The translations under genes were made by a program, and so were the position numbers. From NCBI GenBank assembly GCA_963833225.1, contig CAWHXD010000017.1:288001-352000 (forward strand): a stretch of 64,000 bases of DNA, in the 5' to 3' direction. Of this stretch, positions 46,984 through 56,714 are shown piece by piece (position 1 is the first letter of the stretch; the number at the start of each line of letters is the position of its first letter). The notes below the pieces were generated by a model. That model worked only from the letters and a program-made list of their open reading frames with translations, was not told where the DNA came from and did not search any database. The stretch is from an uncultured Chloroflexia bacterium (GTDB lineage: Bacteria > Chloroflexota > Limnocylindria > Limnocylindrales > CSP1-4).

Positions 46984-49080
46984 GTGAGCTTCATCACGCC
47001 GCTCGCGCTCGCAGGCCTGCTGTTCGTGCCCGTGGTTGTGGCCATGTACCTGCTCAAGCTCCGGCGGGACGAGGCCGTCGTGCCGTCGACCCTGCTCTGG
47101 CAGCGCCTGGTCGCGGACGTCGAGGCGAACGCCCCGTGGCAGAAGCTGCGCCGGAGCCTGCTGCTGCTGCTCCAGCTCCTGCTGGTGCTGATCCTGGCGT
47201 TCCTTGCCGCTCGCCCCTTCATCGAGCGCCCGGCGGGCCTGGCCGGCGACATCGTGCTGGTGATCGACACCTCGGCGTCGATGCAGGCAACCGACGTGTC
47301 GCCAAGCCGGCTCGATGCCGCCAAGGCGGCCGCGATCGACGCCCTGAAGGAGCTGCCCGCCGGCGGCAAGGTCAGCGTCATCGCCGCGGGGCGGACCGCG
47401 CGCGTCATCGCCAACGGCACGACCGACATGGGCAACGTCAAGCAGGCGATCGCAGCCATCGCCCCGACCTCGGACATCGGCGATCTGGGCGACGCCCTGC
47501 AGCTTGCCTCGGCACTGGCCGCGCGGTCCGGCGACGCGGAGATCCTGGTCGCGACCGACGCTGCCCTCGCGACGGTCCCCTCGGGGACGCTGGAGGCGCC
47601 GGTCCGGGTCCTGCAGGTGGGCCGTGAAGCGAAGAACGAGGCGATCGTGGCGCTGGCCGTCCGGACGGCACCCAGCGGGCTGTCGCACTCGGCGTTCATC
47701 TCGGTGGCCAACCTGGGCCTCGAACCCGCGGAGCGGCGAGTCCAGCTGTACGCCGACGGCGTCCTGCGCGATTCGCGCTCGCTGTTGCTCGATCCACAGC
47801 GCAAGACCGACATCTCCATCGACGACATCGACGATCCCGACCACCCGGCGTCCGTGATCGAGGTCCGACTCCTCGCCAAGGACGAGACCTCCACGGCGGC
47901 CCCGGATCCCCTCGCTGTCGACGACCGCGCCTGGGCCATCGTCCCCCCGGCGCGGCTCCGCACGGTGCTCCTGGTGGGTGAGGGCGACCCCTACCTCGAG
48001 ACGGCCCTCTCCTACCTGCCCGACACCGAGCTGTACGGGGTCGCCCCCGACGCCTATGGGCCGGGGACGAAGCCCGAGCTGTTCGACCTCATCATCTTCG
48101 AGGGCTTCCTGCCGGCTGAGCTGCCGGCCAAACCCATCCTCGCGATCGCTCCGCCGGCGTCATCGCCGCTGGGCAGCGTGACCGGCACGCTCACCAATCC
48201 GGGGATCGGCTCCCTCGATGCGACCGACCCGATCCTGCGCTATGTCGACCTCACGACGACCCACGTCGGGGAGGCGGTGAAGCTGGACCTGCCCGCGTGG
48301 GCGCGGCCGGTCATTCCGGGACCTGGTGGGGCCCCACTGCTGTATGCGGGGCGCCTCGCCGGACGCCCCGCCGCCGTGCTCGCGTTCGAGCCACGTCGCT
48401 CGGACCTGCCCCTCCAGGTGGCGTTCCCGGTCCTGCTGGCCAACCTCGCCGGCGAGCTCCTCGGCGGCTCGGAGACACCAACCGATGCGATCGCCCCGGG
48501 GGCCCCGGTGACGCTCGCCATCCCGCAGGGCGCGACCGGCGTCCAGGTGGAGCGGCCGGACGGCTCCATTGACGAGCTCGTCGCGCCGACGGGCAGCACG
48601 GGCTCCGTGACCTTCGGGCGAACGGATCTCCTCGGCATCTACACGGTCACGCCGATCTCGGGCCCGGGCACGACGCCGGGCACCTCGGCAGCTCCGATCG
48701 CGACCACCTCCCAGTCTGCTGGTGGGTCGCCCGCGGCCGGGTCGCCGGGCGCTTCGCCGACGTTCCGCCCGGCCGACCCCGGCGCTCCCGTCCGATTCGC
48801 GGTCAGCCTGCTAGACGTGGATGAGTCGCGAATCGCGCCCGGTGACGCGGCGAAGCTCCAGGCGATGGGTGCGCCGGTCGCGAGCCCCGGCACCGGCGGC
48901 GCCGCTCCCAGCGAGCCGCGGCCGAACGCCCGCGACGAGATCTGGATCCCGATCCTCCTGGTGGCCCTCACGGTGCTCACGATCGAATGGCTGGTCTACG
49001 AGCGAGACACGCTGGCCCGGCTCCGTCGGGGCATCTCGTCGCGGCTGCGCCGGGGCCGTCAGCCCACGCGGGGCGGCTGA
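46984..49080 (+). CDS. BatA-like N-terminal TM plus vWA domain protein
   Basis: MSFITPLAL...PSTLLW...ARP; MIDAS DTSASM; C-terminal TM. Confidence 0.88.
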   Translation: MSFITPLALAGLLFVPVVVAMYLLKLRRDEAVVPSTLLWQRLVADVEANAPWQKLRRSLLLLLQLLLVLILAFLAARPFIERPAGLAGDIVLVIDTSASMQATDVSPSRLDAAKAAAIDALKELPAGGKVSVIAAGRTARVIANGTTDMGNVKQAIAAIAPTSDIGDLGDALQLASALAARSGDAEILVATDAALATVPSGTLEAPVRVLQVGREAKNEAIVALAVRTAPSGLSHSAFISVANLGLEPAERRVQLYADGVLRDSRSLLLDPQRKTDISIDDIDDPDHPASVIEVRLLAKDETSTAAPDPLAVDDRAWAIVPPARLRTVLLVGEGDPYLETALSYLPDTELYGVAPDAYGPGTKPELFDLIIFEGFLPAELPAKPILAIAPPASSPLGSVTGTLTNPGIGSLDATDPILRYVDLTTTHVGEAVKLDLPAWARPVIPGPGGAPLLYAGRLAGRPAAVLAFEPRRSDLPLQVAFPVLLANLAGELLGGSETPTDAIAPGAPVTLAIPQGATGVQVERPDGSIDELVAPTGSTGSVTFGRTDLLGIYTVTPISGPGTTPGTSAAPIATTSQSAGGSPAAGSPGASPTFRPADPGAPVRFAVSLLDVDESRIAPGDAAKLQAMGAPVASPGTGGAAPSEPRPNARDEIWIPILLVALTVLTIEWLVYERDTLARLRRGISSRLRRGRQPTRGG

Positions 49081-52079
49081 TGGGCATCCACTTCGAGGCA
49101 CCGCTGGCGCTGCTGCTCCTGCCGCCCCTGGTGGCACTGGTGGTGATCCTCCACCTGTCGTCCCGACGCCGGCTTGGCGTTGGCCGGCGCAGAGCAGCCC
49201 TGGCGGTTCGATGGCTGCTGCTCTCGGTCCTCGTGTTCGCTCTCGCGGGATTCCAGCTTGTGCTGCCGGTGGACCGGCTGGCCGTGGTGTACGTCGTGGA
49301 CGTGTCGGACTCCGTGGGCACGGCTGGCCGCGAGGAGGCCCTCGCATACCTCCGCGAGAGCCTCGCGGCCAAGCGGGACGAGGACGTGGCGGGGATCGTC
49401 GCGTTCGGTGGCGACGCGCTGGTTGAGCGGCTCCCGGCCGAGCTCTCCGAGATCGACCGGATCGCCTCGACGCCGGTCCGCAGCGCGACGGACATCGGCG
49501 CGGCCCTCCGCCTGGCCGGCGCGCTGTTCCCCGATGACGCCCAGAAGCGGATCGTCCTGCTGTCCGATGGCAACGACACGACGGGGTCCGGCCAGACGGA
49601 GGCGGCCCTCGCGGCCGCGCGCGGGATCCAGGTCCAGACGCACCTGACCGGCCTCGCCGGCGCCGACGAGGTGCTCGTCGAGCGGCTGACGGCCCCGTCG
49701 ACGGCACACCTCGGCGAGCAGGTGCAGGTCAGCGCGGACATCACGTCCACGGTCGCCCAGCCCGCGACCGCACGCCTGTACGTGAACGGCGAGCTGGCCG
49801 CGACCCAGCCGCTGGACCTCGCGGCGGGCGCCAACCGGGTCGACTTCGAGTTCACCGCCAAGGACGCCGGCTTCCTCCGGTTCCGGGTCGTCGTGGAGGC
49901 GGCGCGCGACACCTTCAACCAGAACGACCGTGCCGACGCCAACACGATCGTCAAGGGTGAGCCGCGCGTGCTGGTCGTCAAGGGCGACGAGGACGTCGCC
50001 CAGCAGCTGGTGGCGGCGCTCGAGACGGAGCGCCAGACGGTCGCCACCGTGATCCCGGAGGCGATGCCCGCCGACCTCGCCGGCCTCGCCGACTACGACT
50101 CCATCGTGCTCGTGGACGTGCCTCGGCTGCGGCTGACGGACACGCAGCTCACGGCGCTCCAGGTGTACGTGCGGGACCTCGGCCGGGGCCTGGTGACCAT
50201 CGGCGGCCCGCAGGCGTACGGCGCCGGTGGCTACACGGACACACCGCTGGAGGAGACGCTGCCCGTCGACATGGGCGTGCGCGACCGGACCAAGCAGCCC
50301 GATGTCGCCCTGGTGGTCGTGATCGACAAGTCGGGGTCCATGGACGCGTGCCACTGCAACAGCTTCAACGGCGGGATGGGCGGCGGTTCGGGGATCGCGG
50401 GCGTCCGCAAGGTCGACATCGGCAAGGAAGCGATCCTGCGCGCCGCCTCCGCCCTGACCGCCCGCGACGAGTTCGGCGTCGTCGCCTTCGACGAGCAGGC
50501 GCACTGGGTCATCAAGACCGCGCCGCTGGGCGGGATCACCGACATCGCGGGCGCGATCAGCGGGATCCAGCCACTGGGCCAGACCAACATCTTCTCGGGC
50601 CTGGACACCGCGGTGCAGGCCCTCAAGTCGGCGACCGCGACCCGCCGTCACATCATCCTGCTCACGGACGGCTGGTCATCGAGCGGCCAGTACGACGACA
50701 TCCTGGCCCAGATGAAGGCCGCCGGCATCACGCTCTCGACGGTGGGCGCGGGCGGCGGTGCGAACCCATTCCTCGAGCAGCTCGCGAGGGCTGGCGGCGG
50801 CCGCTTCTACGCCGCCGTCAACCCGGCGTCCATCCCCGACATCTTCCTCAAGGAGACGCAGCAGGTCTCGGGGCAGCAGATCGTGGAGGAGCCGTTCTTC
50901 CCGATCAAGACCTCCAGCTCGCCGATCCTGCGCGGGATCGACGGGGGGCTGCCGAGCCTGCTGGGATACAACGGCACGACCGCCAAGCCGGCGGCCCAGA
51001 CCGTGCTCGTCACGGCGCGCGATGATCCGCTCCTCGCGCAGTGGCAGTACGGCCTGGGGCGGGCCGTCGCCTGGACCTCGGACTCGACCGGGCGCTGGGC
51101 CAAGAGCTGGATCGGCTGGGCCGGCTTCTCCCAGTTCTTCAGCCAGATGGTGGGCTGGACGTTCCCGGGCGAGGAGAGCGGCGGCATCGAGGCCGCCTTC
51201 GTGGATCGCGGCGGCCGTCCCTACCTGCGGGTGGAGAGCGTCAACGCCGACGGCTCGGCACGCGACTTCTACGCGACACGGGTGGCGCTCGTGGGTCCGG
51301 ACCTCGAGCCGGCCGCGGTGGACCTGTCCCAGGTGGCGCCAGGCGTGTACGAGGCGCCCGTCGCCTCGCTCCAGAGCGGCGCCTACGCCGTCCGCGTGAC
51401 CCAGACGAAGCCCGGTGCTGCGGCCCTGGGCCGGACGCTCGGGCTGGTGGCTCCCACGCCGGCCGAGTACCGGCTGCTGGGCGCCAACGAGCCGCTCCTG
51501 GCAGCCATCCGGTCCGCGACGGGTGGGACCGAGGTCACCACCCCGGCCGCCGTGTGGGTCCACGACCTGCGGACGACGAGCCGGTATACCGACACCTGGC
51601 CGTGGCTGCTGGTCCTGGCCCTGGTGCTCTGGCCGCTGGACATCGCGCTGCGGCGTGTCTCGATGGGCCGGCGGGAGATGGCCGATGCACGGCGCTCGAT
51701 CGCGGAACGCGTCCGGGGACGGCGCGTCGCCCCACGCAGCGTGACGTCGGCGTCGATGCTCGCCGCGCGAGGGCGGGCCGGGTCGGCGGGTGCCCGCTCC
51801 GCGATCCTGCGCGAGGCGGCGTCCGGGGTCGAGCCGGTGGTTCCGACCCCCGTGGCCCCGGTGCCTCCGGCTTCGGCGGCTCCGGACGCGGCGGCTCCGG
51901 CGCAGGGACCTGTGACTCCGGCTTCAAGCGAACCGCCGCCGCCCCCAGGCGCGGTGACGCCTCTGCCACCGCCCCCCACCGGCACGGCTCCCCCATCCCC
52001 GCCCGCGGCCCCGGCCCAAGCCACCGCCGACGACACGCTCGCCCGGCTGCGCGAAGCGAAGCGCCGATCCCGCTCGTGA
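49080..52079 (+). CDS. Double-vWA plus glutamine-amidotransferase-like membrane protein
   Basis: DVSDS/LSDG and DKSGSM/LTDG MIDAS motifs; GLVTIGGPQAYGAGGY; PLLAQWQYGLGR. Confidence 0.9.
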   Translation: MGIHFEAPLALLLLPPLVALVVILHLSSRRRLGVGRRRAALAVRWLLLSVLVFALAGFQLVLPVDRLAVVYVVDVSDSVGTAGREEALAYLRESLAAKRDEDVAGIVAFGGDALVERLPAELSEIDRIASTPVRSATDIGAALRLAGALFPDDAQKRIVLLSDGNDTTGSGQTEAALAAARGIQVQTHLTGLAGADEVLVERLTAPSTAHLGEQVQVSADITSTVAQPATARLYVNGELAATQPLDLAAGANRVDFEFTAKDAGFLRFRVVVEAARDTFNQNDRADANTIVKGEPRVLVVKGDEDVAQQLVAALETERQTVATVIPEAMPADLAGLADYDSIVLVDVPRLRLTDTQLTALQVYVRDLGRGLVTIGGPQAYGAGGYTDTPLEETLPVDMGVRDRTKQPDVALVVVIDKSGSMDACHCNSFNGGMGGGSGIAGVRKVDIGKEAILRAASALTARDEFGVVAFDEQAHWVIKTAPLGGITDIAGAISGIQPLGQTNIFSGLDTAVQALKSATATRRHIILLTDGWSSSGQYDDILAQMKAAGITLSTVGAGGGANPFLEQLARAGGGRFYAAVNPASIPDIFLKETQQVSGQQIVEEPFFPIKTSSSPILRGIDGGLPSLLGYNGTTAKPAAQTVLVTARDDPLLAQWQYGLGRAVAWTSDSTGRWAKSWIGWAGFSQFFSQMVGWTFPGEESGGIEAAFVDRGGRPYLRVESVNADGSARDFYATRVALVGPDLEPAAVDLSQVAPGVYEAPVASLQSGAYAVRVTQTKPGAAALGRTLGLVAPTPAEYRLLGANEPLLAAIRSATGGTEVTTPAAVWVHDLRTTSRYTDTWPWLLVLALVLWPLDIALRRVSMGRREMADARRSIAERVRGRRVAPRSVTSASMLAARGRAGSAGARSAILREAASGVEPVVPTPVAPVPPASAAPDAAAPAQGPVTPASSEPPPPPGAVTPLPPPPTGTAPPSPPAAPAQATADDTLARLREAKRRSRS

Positions 52080-52185
52080 TACAACCCTCACGCACGTGGC
52101 CCGCCCTCCCCCGTCGGGGTCTCTGGCAGGATGGGGCCCGCGGGACGGTGCCGGGATCCGGTGGCTGGAAAGGGAGATCGAAGGC

Positions 52186-53043
52186 ATGACAGACCAGGAG
52201 ACGATGCGTCGAACACGCCGAGCGGTGCTCGGTGCCGCCCTCGGTGGCGCGGCCGCCGTCGCTGCGGGCTCGCTCCGGCCACTCGAGGTGCGGGCCGCCG
52301 ATGGCGGCAATGCGCTCCTCGGCCAGGCGAACGAGTCGACGGCCCAGACGAGCTTCGAGAACACCGATCCAGGCGAGCCGTCGCTGGTTGGGATCCAGGC
52401 CTCGGGCGGCATCGGCGTGGTGGGCTCGTCCATCGGCGGCGCGGGCGTCCACGGGTCCTCCGATGGCAAGTCGGGGGTGTGGGGAACCTCCGGGGAGCAG
52501 GCCGGCGTGTGGGGCAGCTCCGGGGAGGACAGCCTGGCGACCGTCGAGCCCGGCGAGACCGGCGTGTACGGGTACGCCAACACCTCGATCTACTCCAACG
52601 GCGTGTGGGGCGATTCCATCGACGGCGCCGGCCTCTACGGAACCGGCTACTACGGCCTGTACGCGCTGGGTGGCATCGCGGTCCAGGGTGACTCCGGGCC
52701 GAGCGGCGTCGGGGTGTACGGCTGGACGGGCAACGCCGCCCCGCCCACCCCATCCGCGGGCGTGGGCGTCTACGCCAGGGCCGAGACCAACGATGAGACC
52801 GCGCTCCAGGTGGTCGGCAAGCTCAAGTTCAACCGGTCCGGCACCCGCAGCATGAAGACTTCCAGGAAGACCTTCCCGTACAACGGCATGACCTCGAGCT
52901 CGCAGGTGTTCGCGGTCCTGCAGACGAACCGGTCCGGCGTGTACATCCGGTCCGTCAAGCCGCAGAGGGACCAGTTCACGGTGCGCCTCTCCAAGTCGCC
53001 GGGCAAGAAGGTGACGTTCAGCTTCATCGTCATCAACGGGTAG
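52186..53043 (+). CDS. Tat-exported Gly-rich repeat protein
   Basis: TRRAVLGAALGG twin-arginine signal; repeated GV(Y/W/H)G units. Confidence 0.75.
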   Translation: MTDQETMRRTRRAVLGAALGGAAAVAAGSLRPLEVRAADGGNALLGQANESTAQTSFENTDPGEPSLVGIQASGGIGVVGSSIGGAGVHGSSDGKSGVWGTSGEQAGVWGSSGEDSLATVEPGETGVYGYANTSIYSNGVWGDSIDGAGLYGTGYYGLYALGGIAVQGDSGPSGVGVYGWTGNAAPPTPSAGVGVYARAETNDETALQVVGKLKFNRSGTRSMKTSRKTFPYNGMTSSSQVFAVLQTNRSGVYIRSVKPQRDQFTVRLSKSPGKKVTFSFIVING

Positions 53044-53315
53044 CGGCCATGCAGCGAACCGCATCGGCGCGATCCAAGCCCGCGATCCGGGACCAGTCGA
53101 AGGGACTTCGCGTACCGTCCGAGTCCCTTCGGTCGAGGAGCGCGATCCACCCAGCCAACGCCAAGGCGCCCCGCGGGTCCAGCGGGAGCCCCGGCCAGGC
53201 ACGGAAGCTGGGCGGTGTGCGCCCCGCGAGTGAGCCCGAGCCGGGCGCCTGACAATTTCGCCTGGTCGTGCGCCAGCGCCCCCCCCGCGGGCGCTGGTGC
53301 TAGCCTCCGGCTGAC

Positions 53316-53777
53316 ATGGCACTCCGCACGGCCAGCCTCGCCAAGCTGATCCTCGCGGCCGCGCTCCTCGGCGGGTGCGGCACGATCTCCACGACGCCGC
53401 CACCGGCGACGCCGACGGACTTCCCCGGGCTCGCCGGGCGACTCAACGCCGCCGGGATCAAGGTTGCGGACTGGGTGTCCGGGGAGGCCGGCTGCAACGA
53501 CACTGAGCTGCGCAAGACCGCGATCCGGTTCGAGGCCCACGGCCTGGACCAGGCGACGCCGGTGACGCTCTACCTCTACGTGTTCCGCAACCGTGATGCG
53601 TTCGAACGAAACCGTGCATCCATCGGGCCTTGCGCCGCCGCCTACGTGACCGACCCGGACACGTTCGAGGAGATCGAGCAGTCGCCGTACGTCCTGACCA
53701 GCCAGGGACCGTGGGCGACGGGGTTCGAGGCCGCGCTGCGGGCGACCCTGGAGACCGCGGCGGGCACCGGGGGCTAG
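53316..53777 (+). CDS. Putative lipoprotein
   Basis: Lipobox LLGGC; TAGCCT -10 upstream. Confidence 0.75.
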   Translation: MALRTASLAKLILAAALLGGCGTISTTPPPATPTDFPGLAGRLNAAGIKVADWVSGEAGCNDTELRKTAIRFEAHGLDQATPVTLYLYVFRNRDAFERNRASIGPCAAAYVTDPDTFEEIEQSPYVLTSQGPWATGFEAALRATLETAAGTGG

Positions 53778-54013
53778 GCCAGGCGCGGACCTCGCGGCGG
53801 CGCGGGCCGTCCTGCTCGGCGGGCGAACGAACATCCCCAGCGCCAGCGGACCGCACCCCAGCCCACCGGACCGTGGCCCGCGGGTCAGGGGCGAGTACTG
53901 GCGCGGACCACACCCGACCGCACCCGACTCAACCGGGACCCTGACCGTCCTCTCACGGAGCGAAGGACAACCGGGCCGTCGTTCCGGGACCGGGCTGCGC
54001 AGATGCTCTGGGC

Positions 54014-54850
54014 ATGGACCTCTCTCCCCGCTCGCGTCGAGCCCTCGCCACCGTCCTCGCGCTGGTGCTCGCGGCGGAGACGCTATCGGCCGTCGCCGTG
54101 GCAGCCGCCCCGCGGATCGTCACACATTCGCTGCCCGCGCAACCCGCGGCCGGCGTGGTGCTCGCCGCCGAGACGGTGCCCGGACCCGCCCTGGGGCCCG
54201 TCGAACCCCTGTCCTGGGCACGCGCCGACGACGAGCCCGATATCCCGAGACTGTCCACGCTCCTGGTCAACCAGGCGGCGGCAGCGGCGGCCGCGGAGGA
54301 GGCCGGTGCATCCGACGGCGAGTCCGGGGCACGGGATCGCTCGACCGGCTCGTCCACCAAGGACACCGCGAAGGCGAAGGCGAAGGCGAAGGCGAAGCGG
54401 AAGGCGGCGTCCAAGGACGATCAGGCCGACCGCCAGTCCAGCCCGTCCTACTCCGGCACCAATCACGTCTGGATCCCATCGCTGGGCATCAGCCGGTCGA
54501 CCCGCTGGTTCCCGTGCGATCGGCAGCGCCCGCCCGACAACTACATGTACCGCTGGGGCTGCGCCGGGACGAACAACGTCTACCTCATGGGCCACGCGTA
54601 CAGCGTGATGAAGCCCCTTCACGACGCCTACGTGAGCGGGCGGCTGCGCAAGGGAACCAAGGCCTGGTATGCCGATCCGAACGGGAAGGTGCACGTCTAC
54701 GCCGTCCGCTGGTGGAAGGTCACCCTTCCGACGACCGACGCCGCGTGGGCCTGGGCTGCCCAGGCTGTGCCGTCGATGACGCTCCAGACGTGCGTTGGCA
54801 AGAACAGCAAGTACCGGCTGATGGTCCGCCTCGTCGAGGTCAAGAAGTAG
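54014..54850 (+). CDS. Sortase-family protein
   Basis: N-terminal anchor; VWIPSLGI; catalytic His (LMGH), Cys (TLQTC) and Arg (YRLMV). Confidence 0.82.
   Translation: MDLSPRSRRALATVLALVLAAETLSAVAVAAAPRIVTHSLPAQPAAGVVLAAETVPGPALGPVEPLSWARADDEPDIPRLSTLLVNQAAAAAAAEEAGASDGESGARDRSTGSSTKDTAKAKAKAKAKRKAASKDDQADRQSSPSYSGTNHVWIPSLGISRSTRWFPCDRQRPPDNYMYRWGCAGTNNVYLMGHAYSVMKPLHDAYVSGRLRKGTKAWYADPNGKVHVYAVRWWKVTLPTTDAAWAWAAQAVPSMTLQTCVGKNSKYRLMVRLVEVKK
54368..54397 (+). repeat. (GCGAAG)5 encoding an Ala-Lys linker
   Basis: Five perfect hexamers. Confidence 0.9.
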
Positions 54851-54905
54851 CCTCGAGACCGGCGGCACGACGCTTTCGCCGCGTTCTTGCTAGCCTCAGC
54901 CCCGC

Positions 54906-55583
54906 ATGTCCGAGCCTGCCGTCCCGCCCACCCCTCCCGCTCCCAGCGCGTCGGTGCTGCGACGCGCGATCCTCGTGCACCTGCGCCGCAGCGGCCCCTC
55001 ATCTCCCGACACGATCGCCACCGCCATCGGCGCAAGCCGCAGCGGCGTCGCGCAGCAGCTGCGAGCTCTCGACACCGCTGGGCTGGTGACCCGGGCCTCC
55101 ATGCGTCACGGCGTGGGCAGACCGCGCCATCTCTACGACGTCACGGCCGATGCGCAGGACCTGTTCCCTTCCAACTATGACGGCCTCGCCACCGGGCTCC
55201 TGGCCGCGATCCTCGAGGTCGGGGGCGAGACCCTTGTCGAGGACGTGTTCGCGGCACGCCGGCGGCAGGCCCAGGCGCACCTTCGTGGACGATTGGTCGA
55301 GCGGCTGCCGGCCGATGCCCCGCTCGAGCACCGGGTGCGTGAGCTCGCCCGGCTCCAGGACGAGCTGGGCTACATCTCGGAGGCGCGAGTCGACCCCGAC
55401 GGGATCCGGCTGCTTGAGCACAACTGCGCAGTGCTGGACGTGGCCCGGGGCAATCCCGCGGCCTGCCGGGCGGAGCTCGACCTGTTCCGCGAGGTCCTGG
55501 GCACCGAGGTCACGCGCGAGCGCCACATCGCGACGGGAGACCGATGCTGCGAGTACCGGATCGGCAGCCCGACCCCCTCGTAG
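54906..55583 (+). CDS. SufR-like HTH transcriptional regulator
   Basis: Winged helix ending GVGRPRHLY, FPSNY, then HNC...C.AEL...CCEY Cys pattern. Confidence 0.85.
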   Translation: MSEPAVPPTPPAPSASVLRRAILVHLRRSGPSSPDTIATAIGASRSGVAQQLRALDTAGLVTRASMRHGVGRPRHLYDVTADAQDLFPSNYDGLATGLLAAILEVGGETLVEDVFAARRRQAQAHLRGRLVERLPADAPLEHRVRELARLQDELGYISEARVDPDGIRLLEHNCAVLDVARGNPAACRAELDLFREVLGTEVTRERHIATGDRCCEYRIGSPTPS

Positions 55584-55616
55584 GGGCCCGTGGTCATGCG
55601 CCCCCGTGGGCCGCGG

Positions 55617-56672
55617 TCAGCCCTCCTCGCGCTCCACGACCTCCCGCGGCGCGGGCTCACGAACGGCGCGGGGCACATCGGACACGTTGGGGACGAAGGA
55701 CGCGGCAAGCGACGTCGCCGCGATCTGCTCCTGCTCCGAGAGCGACAGGATCCCCAGGCGGCTGAGGGTGGCGAGCTCGTCGCGGATGTAGGTCCGATTC
55801 ATCTCGGGACCGTCGGTGCTGATCGCGTAGCGGACCCCGTTGCGCCGGAACTGGTCAAAGATCCAGCGGAACTCGTCCCAGCCCGATACCACGCCCGTGT
55901 TGAGGTTTGACGTGGGGCAGATCTCGAGCACGATGCCCCGCTCGCGGAGCATCGTCATGGTGTGCGGATCGTAGGCCGCCTTGACCCCGTGCCCGATCCG
56001 GTCAGGCTCCAGGATCTCGATGACCCGGGCGACCTCCTCGACCGGACCTGACTCGCCGGTGTGGACGGTGATCCCAAGCCCGTGCTGCCTCGCTCGTCGG
56101 AACAGCCGGCGGTAGTCGGCGACGCGGAAGGTGGCCGACTCGGGGCCCGCGATATCGACCCCGACGACCCCGCGGTCACGCCACGCGATGGCCTTCTCCG
56201 CGATGATCTCGTTGAGCTCGTAGGGGAACGCGCGGTCGAGGCAGAAGATGAGCCCGGGCTTGACCGGGTACTCGAGCGTGGCGCGGTCCATGCCGCGGAC
56301 CGCCGCCGCGATGATGTGGTCGAGATCCTGCTCGCCGCCCCGGTTGCGCTTCATCGGGTTGAAGCGCAGCTCCGTGGTCGTGATGTTGTTCTTGCGGTAG
56401 GCCCCGCCCACGACCTCGTAGACGGCGCGCTCCACCGCGATCGGGCTGGACTGGATGAGCTCCGTCCAGTGGAACAGCTGCAGGTACCCGTCGAAGCTCC
56501 GGGCCCGCCTGGGGTGGACCGTGATCAGGTCGCGGAACTCCCAGTAGTCGCGGGTGGGGAGCTTGATCCCCTGGGCATGGGCGATGGACCACATGATGGC
56601 CGGGGTGACGGCCGCACCGAGGTGGCAGTGCAGCTCGGCAAGGGGGATCTTGCGGCTGATCGTGGAGGGCAT
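55617..56672 (-). CDS. add: Adenosine/adenine deaminase
   Basis: ELHCHLG, VHTGE, RIGHG, EICPTSN, STD. Confidence 0.88.
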   Translation of the reverse strand: MPSTISRKIPLAELHCHLGAAVTPAIMWSIAHAQGIKLPTRDYWEFRDLITVHPRRARSFDGYLQLFHWTELIQSSPIAVERAVYEVVGGAYRKNNITTTELRFNPMKRNRGGEQDLDHIIAAAVRGMDRATLEYPVKPGLIFCLDRAFPYELNEIIAEKAIAWRDRGVVGVDIAGPESATFRVADYRRLFRRARQHGLGITVHTGESGPVEEVARVIEILEPDRIGHGVKAAYDPHTMTMLRERGIVLEICPTSNLNTGVVSGWDEFRWIFDQFRRNGVRYAISTDGPEMNRTYIRDELATLSRLGILSLSEQEQIAATSLAASFVPNVSDVPRAVREPAPREVVEREEG

Positions 56673-56714
56673 GTGCTGCAGGATATCGCGGGTGTCCCCG
56701 GGAGCCGTCCGCGA

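Noticed and set aside
53049-53252. 67-aa basic ORF after the Tat protein
   Set aside because: No RBS or motifs, and the region contains a hairpin (GAAGGGACT...AGTCCCTTC) more consistent with a terminator; cannot be supported.
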